Below are positions 48,457 to 61,700 of a stretch of DNA of 64,000 bases, piece by piece. Made by a program: the position numbers and the translations under genes. Source of the DNA: Epiperipatus broadwayi. Lineage: Eukaryota > Animalia > Onychophora. Location: the NCBI GenBank assembly GCA_028023455.1, contig JAQFVV010000005.1, positions 17,608,001 to 17,672,000 of the forward strand, in the 5' to 3' direction. Each line of letters starts with the position of its first letter. The first letter of the stretch is position 1. Under the pieces are notes generated by a model, which did no database searches, was not told the origin of the DNA, and saw only the letters and a list, made by a program, of their open reading frames with translations.

Positions 48457-50027
48457 CTTATGATATCCACATATCTAGAACAGATATTACTTCTTGATAA
48501 TTTAATGATAAAAGAATAAAATCTTAAAACCTTTTTCTCACAGGATAATAAATGATCCATGTTTTCAATCAGTGTTTACAAACAATCCAGATCTCTCCTA
48601 GATCAAATACATCTGTGTTCTTCTCATCAACAGAATGTGGATGAAATCTTATTGGGTGATATGTTCAAGCATTTACTCAGCACATCTGTAATACCACATA
48701 ATTATAAACCAATTAAACATGAGCCATATGTCCAGAAATGTTCCGATGATAACATGTAGCATTTTGATGATATAAATTACTGACCATCAAGTGATTCCAT
48801 TGTCTCACCCAAACAATTTACGCATCATTTGGAAATTAAATGTATCATTCTCATGCAGGACTACTGACAACATGAATTAATGTAATGATAAATAGTGGAG
48901 TGGAAAACTAAACATCTATAGGTAGCTATATTCTGTCACTTTGATTATTGAAGATTATATAATCCATCAAGCAATAAAGTATCTCTTTCATATGCTAAAT
49001 AAATAGACAGTTATTTCTGAACGCACTCTATGGGTTGGGTTAGATACCATTGATACCATGCTGTTGTGCCTTATAGCGAGCAAGGTAAATATCTCTGTAT
49101 TTATTCAGACATATATATATAATTCTGAATTAATTTTAATTTACCTTTTTTTTAAAACTGATAACATTATAATTCGATGAACAAAACTTCTTTTACAAAG
49201 ATAACAAACAAAAGCATTTGGGTTGGAAGAACAGCGGTCTGGCAGTGGAAATTATTTCAAGTGTAAAAACCTGTCAGATAGAAATATTGTATACCGATAA
49301 TGAATTTTCCAAATGAAAAACATAGATCTGTAAATGCGTTTAATCAACTGTCATATTTATGAAAAATGATTTACTCCATTTAGTTTTAATTACATTAAAG
49401 ACAAATGGAAGACGAAATGATTAATATACAACACAACAAAAGCAACAGAAATAGATTTTTTTAAAAAGTAAAATAATTTACTTGCTAATAAAACAATATT
49501 CTTAATTTCTATTTTTAAAAAAATATTTCCATTATACTACAGTATTATCTTTTTTAATTTTTCTGTATGTTTAGATATTTTTCCTGATTGCTTTCTTCCA
49601 AAACATAAGCTTGTGGTTAAAACCTGTAGAGGTCCCTACTATCGTATTTTTATGTGCACAGTCTTGAGGTTACAGCCTTAGTAAATATTACATCTAGTTA
49701 TAAAAATGGAGAAAGGGGATGTTTGGAAAATTATTTTATCAACATTATCATAAAACTTTGAAATATGTATTAAAAATTGAGTTGTTTTGTGTTTTCATAA
49801 ATATATCTTGTTTTCAAATGTTATATATAGAGCTGCAAAATAAGCTCTTAACATTTGTAATTACAAACGTGTTAAATTAGGTCATGTAACATCTGACTTA
49901 ATTTTTTTTTTGGAATTTGTTTTCAAATAAGGCAATTTGATTTTTTTTACCAACAAAATCAACAAATTGTTTTTATCTAATCATGTTTCATGAATCTTTA
50001 AAAAAAGATCATAAGACTATATAGGTG

Positions 50028-50414
50028 TTATTAAAACAGGCAAAACTCTCCATATAGTAGTGCCACTCAGTGCCAACCAGAGTAACCAATGGATGCCAGA
50101 AGGCTTGTGCATAAAATCCCTATCTAGTGCCTACTCATCCAATATCCCTAGATTAGTTTCTGGCTTATGGCCTTCATCAGTGAGGAGCCTTGGGTCTGAG
50201 AGTTCCTCACTGACGAAGGCCATAAGCCAGAAACTAGTCTTGGGGATATTGAATGAGTAGGCACTAGATAGGGGTTTTATGCACAAGCCTTCTGGCATCC
50301 ATTGATTACTCTGGTTGGCACTGAGTGGCACTACTATATGGAGAGTTTTGCCTGTTTTAATAACAGTAATGTGCTAGCAAAAGAAATAGTGATCATGTGA
50401 TGTTTAGTGGTTTA
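50028..50414. mobile_element. Near-perfect head-to-head hammerhead hairpin (family B)
   Basis: Arms ~50027-50189 and 50202-50365, 13-nt loop; 12-bp TSD actatataggtg at 50016-50027 and 50415-50426; right arm extends ~50 nt further into the monomer. Confidence 0.9.
50204..50246 (+). ncRNA. Minimal type I hammerhead ribozyme (family B)
   Basis: TCCTCA CTGACGA a GGC cataa GCC a GAAA CTAG TC^ tTGGGGA; palindromic ACTAGT stem III; partner on minus strand at 50145-50186 has GTC changed to ATC. Confidence 0.7.
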
Positions 50415-51454
50415 ACTATATAGGTGAATTGGATTTCTGTATTCCTGATGATTTATTATAATTAAATTTAAGTTATTTGGATATAAAAGATAAAATGCTT
50501 AAATGATTTTGAATAATTCTGAAATTCCTCAGGGTTCATTAACTTTTGCTATTTACTATTTTTATTATTTGTTTGCTGAATCTTTCTCTTTATTCCAACA
50601 TTTTTTTCTTTTGCGATGATACTGCCTTGGTTACTTCAGCAATTTCATACTCTACTAAAGAAATTTGTAAATCGTAATTTGATAAAAATAACAATGGATG
50701 AATAAAAATAGATTACTCTTAAATGTTAATAACGTTAACTGTATACTGTACACTTTGAAAAGTGTTCCAAAAATATTTTAATTGAATCTGGTTGAACCCA
50801 TATGTAAAAAATAATAATAATAATAGTACTTTACTTTGGTTTAGTTTTGAATTAACGCCTAAGTTGCAATAAATATTCTTTCTCTGCAAGTGAGAATTAA
50901 GAAAATTGAATTTTTTTCTTAAAGAATAACAGATTTTTAAAAATATAAATCTGTTCTGTCAAATGTATACAAAAGATATATTTAAATGGAATATGTTATG
51001 GGATAACATTATAAGTGGTGCTACAGCATATTATTTGAAATTTTTATAAATGCTTCAAAACTTCACATCAATAATTATTTTGTTTACATCTTTGGACAAA
51101 CATATGAATTATTTAAGTATGCTGGAGTTTTAACCATCGACCATTTATTTATTTTAAACATTTTAAGTGACTATATTAAAAAATAAAGAAAACAATAAAA
51201 AATGACTTTTAAACAATAATGTTAACCAGATTATATGATTATGATTTATTAATTGAAACAATATATTTTTAAACCCATGGAGATATCAAAAATATTATAA
51301 TTAATCAAAAAAAAAATGCAGAAAATTATGGTTTGTAATTAATAATAATGAAAAACTTTTTATTTGTAATTATATTATATTTTCTGTCTGAAATTTCACA
51401 CACACATATATATATATGTTAAACTCCATGTGTAAATTTGTATTTATTATTTAG

Positions 51455-51848
51455 ACTATTTAGCATCTAATATGAGTATTGAATCTCTTTAGAAAATTTA
51501 ACTTTATTTAAATATTACAAATACATTCAATTGTTAGTAATATCACATCAAACAGGTTAGTATATGCACACTCTCCTTTTCTTCAGGTGTTGCTGGCCTG
51601 ACTAGTGACACTGCTAGCATGGGAAGTGAACCTGCACCCTTAGATGAAGAAGAGGTGAGAATACCTCTCAAAATGTTGTGCATATTCTAATATGTTTGAT
51701 GTGCTATTACTAACAGTTGAATGTATTTGGAATATTTAAATAATGTTAAATTTTTCTAAAGATATTCATTACTCATATTAGGTGATGGAAATAGTCCAAA
51801 CAATAAATACAACTAAAACACCATCATCACAAAACATCAGGAAAACTC
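51455..51848. mobile_element. Solo inverted pair of the PLE pseudo-LTR (same family as 3108-5990)
   Basis: 51455-51644 matches pLTR as at 3160-3375; 51645-51848 is the inverted copy starting at TGAAGA agagg..cctct CAAAATGTTGTG; flanked by aaactccatgt at ~51421 and ~51843. Confidence 0.85.
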
Positions 51849-51892
51849 CATGTATAAGTATTTATCACATGATTATTTGTTTTAATAAATTA

Positions 51893-52250
51893 AATTAATA
51901 ACAACAACAATAATAATAATAAGAAGAAGAATAAGAAGAAGAAGAATAATAATAATAATAAGAAGAATAAGAATAAGAAGAAGAATAAGAAGAAGAAGAA
52001 TAAGAAGAATAAGAATAAGAAGAAGAAGAACAAGAATAAGAAGAAGAAGAATAAGAAGAAGAAGAATAAGAAGAAGAATAAGAAGAAGAAGAAGAAGAAG
52101 AATAAGAATAAGAAGAAGAATAAGAATAATAATAATAAGAAGAAGAATAAGAAGAAGAATAAGAATAATAATAAGAAGAATAAGAATAAGAAGAAGAATA
52201 AGAAGAATAATAATAAGAATAAGAAGAATAAGAATAAGAAGAAGAAGAAG
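51893..52250. repeat. Compound (AAT/AAG)n microsatellite
   Basis: Continuous aat/aag trinucleotide mosaic; explains the spurious poly-F/L ORF 51890-52273. Confidence 0.95.
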
Positions 52251-52629
52251 TAGTTCAGCAGCAAATGGTTCACCTGTTCAGAGTTAAGATAACAAGCTCC
52301 AGTGTTTTACATTTAGAAAGTACTAAAAAACTTAAAGCTGAAAAGGTAAAAAACTTTCCTGTACTCACTTTGTTCAATTCAGAATTAATTTACATCTTTT
52401 TTCAATGTTCTGTGATAATTTTCATTCAAAATTTTAACAAAAATCAAATTATTAAATGATAATTTTAAAAACAATATGGCAACAAAGATATCACATGACC
52501 AGATGTCTCCATAGTAGTCCTGCAGCAAGCAATTCGCTTATTCACAGTCAAGATAACAAGCTTTATGTTTTACTTTAAAAGTATTAAAAATCTAAATCTG
52601 ACAAGATGTGATTCAGTCTGAATAGTATT

Positions 52630-53340
52630 TTTTTTTATTTTACCAAGATGTTATTCATGTTAACTATTATTTTTCCATTTCCCAAATTACAATTCATGTT
52701 GAACTAGATTTTTCCATTTTCTCCAGATGCAATTCATGCTGACTAGTATTTTTCCATTTTCCTAAGATAAAATTCATGATGAACTAGTATTTTTTCATTT
52801 TCCCAAGATCCAATTTTTGCTTATTAGTATTTGTTCCAAGATGCAATTCATGCTAACTAGTATTTTTCCATTTTCCCAAGATGCAATTCATTCTGAATTA
52901 GTATTAGTTTCATTCCCCCCCCCCCCCAATGTGCTGACTAATATTTTTCCAGTTTCCCAAGATGCAATGCATGGTGACTAGTATTTTTCCATTTCCCCAA
53001 AATGAATTCATTCTGAATTAATATTTTTCTATTTTCCCAAGATGCAATTCATAATAACTAATATCTTTCTACTTTTCCATGATGCAATTTATGCAGACTA
53101 GTATTTTTCATTTTCCCAAGATGCAATTCATGCTATCTAATATTTTTCTATTTTCCCAAGATGCAATTTATGCTATAGAAGTATTTTTCCATTTTCCCAA
53201 GATTCAGTTCTGGCTGACTACTATTTTTCCAATATGGAATTCATACTGAATTAGTATTTTTCCATTTTCACAAAATGCAATTCATGCTGAATGCGTATTT
53301 TTCTATTTTCCAATTCATACTGAGTAGTATTTTTCAATAT
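52630..53340. repeat. ~38-bp minisatellite, roughly 18 diverged copies
   Basis: Consensus approx. TAGTATTTTTCCATTTTCCCAAGATGCAATTCATGCTGAC; poly-C run interrupts at ~52915-52927. Confidence 0.9.
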
Positions 53341-54239
53341 TTTTTCACATGGAAATTATGTAACAAATGAACAATAAGATTTATACAAGGAAAACTATAG
53401 TACTCTCAGCAGCAAATGAGGGACTATATGTTAATCCAACACCAACTACGCCTCCTCCATATTTTTTCATTCATACTATCATGTGCTTCCATGTATTTTT
53501 TATCAATATCACATTTAAAAATATATATATATTTTGATATGTATCTTGTTATGTAATAATTTTTTTTCTTTCAATTACTGTAAATCATGTTTTCATTCCT
53601 ATCAAGATTGTAAACGTTTATTACATATGTAATACCACGAATCAATTTGTATTTAAGACCTCATGTTTTCAAATGTAACTTATGTAATCCTTTTTGAATC
53701 TCAATAAAGTTTATACTTTGAAACATAATGATAACAATAATACTAATACTACTACCAATAATAATTCAATTTATTTACTGTACAAAACTACAGCATTAAG
53801 TTAATTTTATAGAATTGCACCATAACAAACACATAATAATATACATAAACGAGTATAAATGACAAATTATTAATATGATTATATGCCATATTTCTTTATA
53901 AGATAAGTAACAAATTTTTTAAAATCTAAAGTAAAAATACTTTCATTAATAAAATTATGATTATAGGCATTAAGCAGCAATAAAGGTGAACATTTTAATA
54001 TAACATCACATGACCACCACTTCTTATGCAATACGTATAGTGAGTTTTGCCTGTTTAAAATCTTAATATGCTAAAGTAAATGTACATGTTTTATGTAAAC
54101 AATTATTAATAGTAATATTTAAAAATTTTGTTAGTTAATATAATTTTCTGCATGACAAGGTTATATAAAAATTTAAGATCTCTCATTTTTTCTTCCAACT
54201 GATAGAGATAGATAATGATCATTTAGCTTAATTTACTTG

Positions 54240-54354
54240 ATATATAATAACGTGAAAGCTAAAAACCTTCAAACAGATACGCTTTAAAAATGCTTAAGTG
54301 ACAGCCAATCAGATGGAATAATGGCATCACATTAGCTTTCACGTTATTATATAT
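54240..54354. mobile_element. Small MITE with ~23-bp TIRs
   Basis: atatataataacgtgaaagctaa ... ttagctttcacgttattatatat. Confidence 0.65.
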
Positions 54355-56595
54355 TATCTGTTTACGCTTAAATTTAATATACTTAATTTACTTGGAAAAT
54401 TTATCATAAATCAATTGAATTATTATTATTATTGGATATTATTACTATTAATAAAAGTCTAATGATTAATTATAATACTTTACAAAAAGATCTATTACTA
54501 ATTTTTGAAGATATTATTCACAGTAGGTTAAATTTTTGTGCCATGAGACTATGATATAAAAACATCGAAAGTACAATTAATAAAAAATTTAAACTATTAT
54601 AAATTATACTTCCAAAGATTAGTATAGAGAGTCCTAATGCAAAATTCTCTAATTTGTCATTTTATTATATATATATCTAAAATTATATTAATAATGCACT
54701 TTTATTTATATGTATGAAATATAACTGGAAGTAGACAAATTCCCTGCAAGCTGTCAATAAATCCACACCTGCATCTTCTCTTTATCAAAAAAAAAAGAGA
54801 CTAAGAATGGATTTGTCATCTAATTCTTCAAACTTTTGATCATAATAAAAGTTGATTTTCTGCCAAATGATGAAATGAAGGATAAAAATCAAATATAAAA
54901 AGATGTAAATATGGTATTATTAATTTACATTCATGTTCAATTAAATAAAAGATAATCTTATTTTTAACAATATTTTCATAAATAACACAATTTTAAACGC
55001 ATATGTGAAATAAAAACATGCTAAAAATTAAATTCTGTTTTATCTTTGGTTTAAGTAATTGCAATTTCAAATTAATATATAGTACCATGTTTAAATTTGG
55101 TTTAGAGTTGACGTTCACTCTTCAACAAGTGTCAGAGAAATAACTTTTATTAAGATCTAAAGCTTTAATAATAGATGACCACTTTATTTTTAGTGATTTT
55201 GCTGACATATAGATATGTATACATATATATACACACACACACCAACAAACATTTATAAAGAAAGAACAAAATGTAATGGCATTAATCAAGAAAACTGCAA
55301 AAAATTCTAACAAGGACAATATTCTCTCATCGATTTCATTCAGTGTATATCAGAAGAAATTCCTCACCCCTCTCTCTAAGTAGCACTACCACCAAACAAT
55401 ATAACATAATTAGTTTTTATGAGAAAATCCCTTAAACTCGTTAATTTTTACAAAGTTGTACTAGCATAATAAGCCAGACAAAAATGTATCCGAAAGTTTA
55501 AATATAGCATAGCAAGTGTTAGAAATGAAATTTGAGCAGGACTTTAAGGTAAATAGAAATTTATAATCAGTTAAGTTTAATGACAAAACAGAATTTAATA
55601 ACTCACTATAAAAATGCAGATATGCATCATAAAAATATTTTGCTTTAAACTATATCAGTTGAGATTACAAAATCGTAAGACTAACAGTTAAGAGATGAGA
55701 TGATTTCAGTGCAATTATTCATATTTTTATTCACTTAAGAACAATTATATGATCTGAAATTTATCAGTGATGAAGAAGAGAAAAAATGCATTCTTGATTT
55801 CAGGAGTAGCCAATAAATCCATTTTATTTTATGGAATCTAAGACCACAACATTAAGAACAATAATTCATTTTCTCCATAGTTATCTATTGTAAACCCAAA
55901 TAATAACCTACCCAGTAGGTTCTCTAGAGTAGAATAATACTGAATATTGATTTTACTACAGATGTTGCAAATAAAGTGCTTTGCATGATGGGATGAAACA
56001 ATAGAATGGCAGATTCTGGAGCTTAAAATTCATGAACAACAGTTCAGGTCTATCATGTCCACTGCTCAAACTTCTTATAAATTCCTAACGAATAAAGCCA
56101 TTAAATTATGATATTTTAAAAATAAAATGAGAAAATAAAGTAATGCTTCGTTTGGTGAATAATTTCAAGACTACTTCAAAATGTTGCTAAAATTAGATAA
56201 ATTCCATTTTGGATACAATTAATAAAAAATGATGTCAACATTAGAAAAAAAGTACTATTATAAAATATTACTACAAGATTACATCCCAATTATAGAATTA
56301 ATATAATGTTATTAGATTGTTGTGACTGACTTTGAAATAAATGGAATGCCAGACTCCTAGTAGACTTTCAATTCAAGCAACCATTTAATCAAATGCAGTC
56401 AAATGTGAAGAATCATGTGAGACTGAGTTTTGGAAGGCATTATCTAGAAATTTGGAATTGAGCAAAATTAACTAATTGTAAAAATAACAATCCTTTTTGC
56501 AATATATATAACCATTAGAAACCCAGTCAACACTTAGATAATTCCAATATAGATAGCAATCAACAATCTCAAACTGTTGTCAAGGCAACCTCCTT

Positions 56596-58053
56596 TTAAC
56601 TATATATATATATATTATAATATTTTTTAAAACTATTAATTTGATCTATAGTTCTTTCACCAACTAATCTTTCATAGGATTTACTCACTCCTATCATTTC
56701 ATTAGTCAATTTAAAATACTCTTTGGGATTGTTCAGTATTCTTTTATATAATTCATTACTACTATTAATTATTTCAATAGATTTTTTATGAATCTCCTTT
56801 TCTTCATAAATCATTTCATTATTTATACTGGTTTTTCCAACAAATAACTTAGTTTCTTTATTAGCGAATTTAATATAAGACTCATCTTTTCTTAACTCAT
56901 TATCTGCCATCTTACCCACTGATACATCATTACTATTTCTCTCTACCTGCATTACTTGTTCTTTTACATCCTTTTGTAAGCGCTTTAAATTCTCACCTAT
57001 TTTGGACCTGTACTTCTGATCATCCTCCTTTCTAATATTAAAATCATCTAATTTTCCCATTAAACCTTCTTCTATTTCTTCTTTTATATCTCTCCTATTT
57101 TGCACTACTAAATCATTAAACTTATCCACTAACTCTCTCTCCATTTCATCTTTCATCCTTATTTTACTCTGCATTATCTCTTCCTTTATCTCACATATTT
57201 CATTCTTAATATCTAATTTATTATTGTCAAACTCCTGTTTTAACTTACTATTATTAGTCTGACATTGACTGATAGAATCCTCTATTTGCTTGTTTATACC
57301 TTTTATAGCAATTTCAGAAAATTCTGTAAACTTAGTCTGGAGCAATTCCTGATTATTACAATCTATTTGTTCTATCTCATTCCTTAAAGAATTAATAACT
57401 TTTTCACTATTGTCCAGTCTTGATTCCAAGCCATTAAATTTATTATGTGTTTCCTCCTTAAAGTCTTCCATAGTCTTACAAGTATCATTGAGTTTTGTAT
57501 TCATACAGTCGATACATGCTTTGATTTCATTACTATTTTTACTCATAGTTTCATGGAGAGATTCAAATTTTATATTACTCTCTTCTCTATATTTTCTATT
57601 ATTTTCATTGAGATATTCAAATTTCATATTACACTCTTCCCTATTTCTATTTATATTTTCTTGAATCTCTTCTCTATTTCTGCTTATATTCTCATTGATT
57701 TTTCTATTATCTTCTTGAATCTCTTCTCTATTTCTGCTTATATTCTCATTGATTTTTCTATTATCTTCTTGAATCTTTTCCATCATCAGTGCTATTTGAG
57801 ACAATAAGAAGCTACCTACATCTCTTTTATGTGAGACTACTTCTTCTTCCTCTATTCTTAACTCCCTAATCTTTTCTTCTTCTTTTATTTCATCATCTGC
57901 AATTTGTACAATATTTGTAATTGTTTCTATATTAATGGTCTCTTCCGCTTCCCTTTCCTCCTCACAACTACTATCCACAATGAATTCAGATATTTCCTCT
58001 ACTGAACTGTTATCTTGATTATCCATTTTTTCTTTATAATACTTTTTCCTCAA
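56596..58053 (-). CDS. 485-aa coiled-coil ORF, probably Gypsy-type Gag N-terminus
   Basis: Acidic N-terminus, long E/K/N heptad-rich region with 18-aa repeat IQEDNRKINENISRNREE, C-terminal ILNNPKEYF resembling the Gag capsid P..F motif; PBS-like repeats upstream; ends in a (TA)n tract. Product assignment is inference. Confidence 0.55.
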   Translation of the reverse strand: MRKKYYKEKMDNQDNSSVEEISEFIVDSSCEEEREAEETINIETITNIVQIADDEIKEEEKIRELRIEEEEVVSHKRDVGSFLLSQIALMMEKIQEDNRKINENISRNREEIQEDNRKINENISRNREEIQENINRNREECNMKFEYLNENNRKYREESNIKFESLHETMSKNSNEIKACIDCMNTKLNDTCKTMEDFKEETHNKFNGLESRLDNSEKVINSLRNEIEQIDCNNQELLQTKFTEFSEIAIKGINKQIEDSISQCQTNNSKLKQEFDNNKLDIKNEICEIKEEIMQSKIRMKDEMERELVDKFNDLVVQNRRDIKEEIEEGLMGKLDDFNIRKEDDQKYRSKIGENLKRLQKDVKEQVMQVERNSNDVSVGKMADNELRKDESYIKFANKETKLFVGKTSINNEMIYEEKEIHKKSIEIINSSNELYKRILNNPKEYFKLTNEMIGVSKSYERLVGERTIDQINSFKKYYNIYIYS

Positions 58054-58664
58054 AATTTACTATCGCAATAATATGTTACTATTAATTTTTCATAAAATAG
58101 TTTCTTACCAGTTCTTTTATCTCCTCCAACCATCACCCACAATAAATATAGACAATACCTTCTATACACCCTATACTATCTAACTAATTATAATAATAAT
58201 AACAATTAAAATTATATGTGTCATAACGTCATTTCCCACATGCATGATTCACAAATACTTTGCACAAATTAAAACACTTTCAAATATATTTTCAATAACA
58301 ATTCAATAATTGACATGGTCATATTAAATACCAATAATCGTTAGCCACATATGCATATTTTAAATTTTTATTTGTCAATTGATCCACAATAGTATAGTAC
58401 GATTTTTAAACAATCAGATTATCTACCACATAAAATTGAAATTATTTTAATAACAAATACTTAGTTTACTTTAATAACTAAATCCTAATAATTATTTTTA
58501 TAATCAAATATGAAATTATCTACTTCTATAAAATATGTCTTTTGACAATCTCCCGATTTACATGAACAAATTCAAATACTAAACTATATGTAATTCCACT
58601 ACACATCGTGCAGTCTCATTGGAAAAGCAAAATTTAACCTTGTTAGTTGAATCCAACCTATCGA

Positions 58665-58770
58665 TTGTAGTTCCAACTACACATCGTGCAACACGTTGGC
58701 CACCACAATCTAACCGATTGTAGTTCCAACTACATATCGTGCAACATGTTGGGCGCCACAATCTAACCTC
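58665..58770 (-). repeat. 53-bp tandem repeat x2 (plus partial) each carrying a tRNA-Lys(CTT) PBS-like motif
   Basis: Minus strand TGGCGCCCAACATG (58758-58745) and TGGTGGCCAACGTG (58705-58692); their consensus equals the tRNA-Lys(CTT) PBS TGGCGCCCAACGTG. Confidence 0.65.
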
Positions 58771-61700
58771 CCCCACCGTTCTCGTCCTCTTCAAAATTTA
58801 TATACTGTTTAAAATTTACGGGTTCTAGCTCAGTTTAACAAATAAATAAATGAAATATCCAACATTAATTAAAATGATTACTAGCTCTAATCTTTAAATA
58901 CAAATATTGTTATATTTTTAAAATGAGTTAACAAATATTTACTATTTTCATGAGACATGGAGTGACGACACGGGGAACGAGATAGACTACATTGAGATAT
59001 TATCCACATGATACTATCTCAATGGCATAAGAACACTATTCCCCCTTTTACTATACTAAATAACTAACTTATAGTATTCTTACAACTTTTTAAGCTCTTT
59101 TCACTACGACTAAAATAATAATCATGTCTTAATATTCTTTGTAATAAGAATCTAGCTCAATTAAATAAAATTAAGTAAATAAATAGAATAAATAAAATAA
59201 AATAAAATCTCAGGTTCATAAATTGTATTCTAACTGATTTTAAATTACGGTAGTAAACTATGAAAAGGGAATTTTATGTCATAAATTCACTACGCAGTAA
59301 CTAACAATAATAAATAATAATAATAACAACAATAGTATAATATAAGTATTATTACTTCCTAAAATGAAATAAATACTTACGTACGTGGTAGTATTCTAAT
59401 AATCTGACAACAGAATACGTGTGGCAACAATAGCATATATTTTAATGTAATATTGTGGCAACCAACTTATGACCAATAAATGATATAATTATGATCTTTT
59501 AATTTTATCATACAAATAAATTTTCAAAATTATTATAACACTTTAGGTTTACCTTTTTGTGCAAAACTATATGTCTGTTTCAATTATAAGTGTATAGTGA
59601 TATCATGCATCCATGTGGAGAAATAACAACGAAGACACAAAACTTTAAAATAAATTTACAACAAAGTTTATTAATAACATAAACAAATAACAATATTTTA
59701 CATTATGTACATGGATATCCTTACTCTCCTATCACAAAATTATTTTACTAGTTTATAAAAAATGAAATCAAACTTCTACTTATTTTTTTCTAGTTAACTC
59801 TTATCTTTTAAATACTTAAGAAAATACAGTATTATTATTATTGGATTTCTTATTATAATTAGCTTGCTACAAAATGTGTTTCTCATATAATTATTATTAA
59901 CACTTTGTATCCCTACTATTATTAAAATTATATTTTTAATTTTTTTTTTAAAATTACATTCGTAGTAAACATTCTACAAAAATAATAAAATTCTATTTTT
60001 ATATTGGTTGTATGGAATCCTACTAATTCAAACATTCTTCTACATTCGGTATTAGGTTTGATTGTTCATTATCCGATGTTTATTAATCTAATATACTCAT
60101 TCAAGCCTTACTTCGGATGGTAATTACAACTATTAACACACCATGCACAAATATATGTCTATTACACATTATTGAATTATTTTCTTAATAAATATGCAAT
60201 ATTTATTTTCTAAATATTATTTAAAACATTCAAATTTTATTATCACTTAAAAAACTTTGTTTAGATTTCCTTTTAAAAAATCTTATATTCATTTCCGAAT
60301 TAATTTATAAACTGTATTATATGATTCTTTCTCTCTTTATGATATTTTGTACTTTCACTTTTAAAATTACACAACTCTATACATTCCAGTAAATAAACTA
60401 TTCTCACATAAACGATAACATATCTTCAATTCTATTTTATTCATTATTTCTTTGAAAATATCTTTCTGACGATGCAGATTCACGAAACAAGGATAGCGAA
60501 GATAGATGCACAGGATCAAAATATAACTAGAATATTATCCGTCATAAACCTTGACAATAATGGCACAGTGAATTAAAAACACTATAGAGGAGTGACCTTT
60601 GTTTGTCTACCAACCTCTATTATAGGAGTGATGCTAAAGCTATTTCTTCAGCTTTATATAACATCAAAAAGTTTAAAAGATACGCAAAAAAAACACTGTC
60701 CAAAATATATGTGTTCAGTGATAGGGCTTAGTTAGCTATACTGAAATCACACAAACTAACTATGATCCAAATACTTTATTTTTCTTATTTCTTAACAAAA
60801 CATCATCTTGGTTTCCTCTACACTAGTACTACCAAGTCACTATCTGATCTTATTCCTCAAGATTTTTCTATACAGTACATCGACAAATTCCTAACTGCAT
60901 TTCTAACAATAATAAAATTCATTTTATTTCAAAACTATACCGCTGTTCTTTAAGAAAATCTTTTACTACTTTTCTCGTATATTTTATCATATACAAACTA
61001 TTTTAAAATATCTGAATACTTTACAACATGAAAGTTCAAAAGAATCACACAATTGTTCTGTTATATTATATTATTAATTATACTTTAAATAACTTATTGC
61101 ATGCATATTTAAAATTACTCCTATCTCATAACATGTTTTAATGTTGTATAAAATGTGTACATAGAATTTAAACTTTCACACATCATTCTTAATCAATAGA
61201 CGATCTAAAAAAAAAATACATTATGCATTATGAATAAATATCAAAATTACCAAAACGATCTTTATCTTCTCGATCGTGTTCCATAGGCTTCACCATCCCA
61301 TTGATTCTTGTTGATATAAAACTTCCATACATACACTTTATTTTTAAAACAATATTTCTATCATTCTATTAAGCTATTATATTTAAATTTTTTTTTTTTA
61401 ATATTACTAAAATTATGTTTATATGTTTCCCCTAATCTCACATAGCATTTTATATTTAAAACAAATTAGTAAAATATTTAAATTATATTTACGGTACTTC
61501 TTTATCGAACTTGCTTGAAAATCGTTCATATTAAAGCTAAAAAAAAAATATTTTATTTCTTCTTCAGTCACTTAATGTTCTATTTTAAAGTAAAACAATT
61601 ATTACTCTGTTTAATAAATATTCATAGACGACAATCCTTGGTTTTCACAATATTGTATACAATTATTAATTCATGATATTCTCTTCTACTATTGTCTGCT

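Noticed and set aside
37782-50331. Similar 64-66 aa ORFs at 37782, 50060 and 50131
   Set aside because: They arise from the family B hammerhead palindromes; frames are not conserved between monomers.
51890-52273. 127-aa poly-Phe/Leu ORF
   Set aside because: Translation artefact of the AAT/AAG microsatellite.
52630-53340. CRISPR-like array
   Set aside because: Contiguous diverged repeats with no unique spacers, in a eukaryotic context.
57410-57807. Plus-strand ORFs over the Gag-like ORF
   Set aside because: Shadow frames of a repetitive, low-complexity coding strand.
58967-58990. TGGAGTGACGACACGGGG as a plus-strand PBS after CA
   Set aside because: I could not match it to a known tRNA 3' end and found no plus-strand LTR element.
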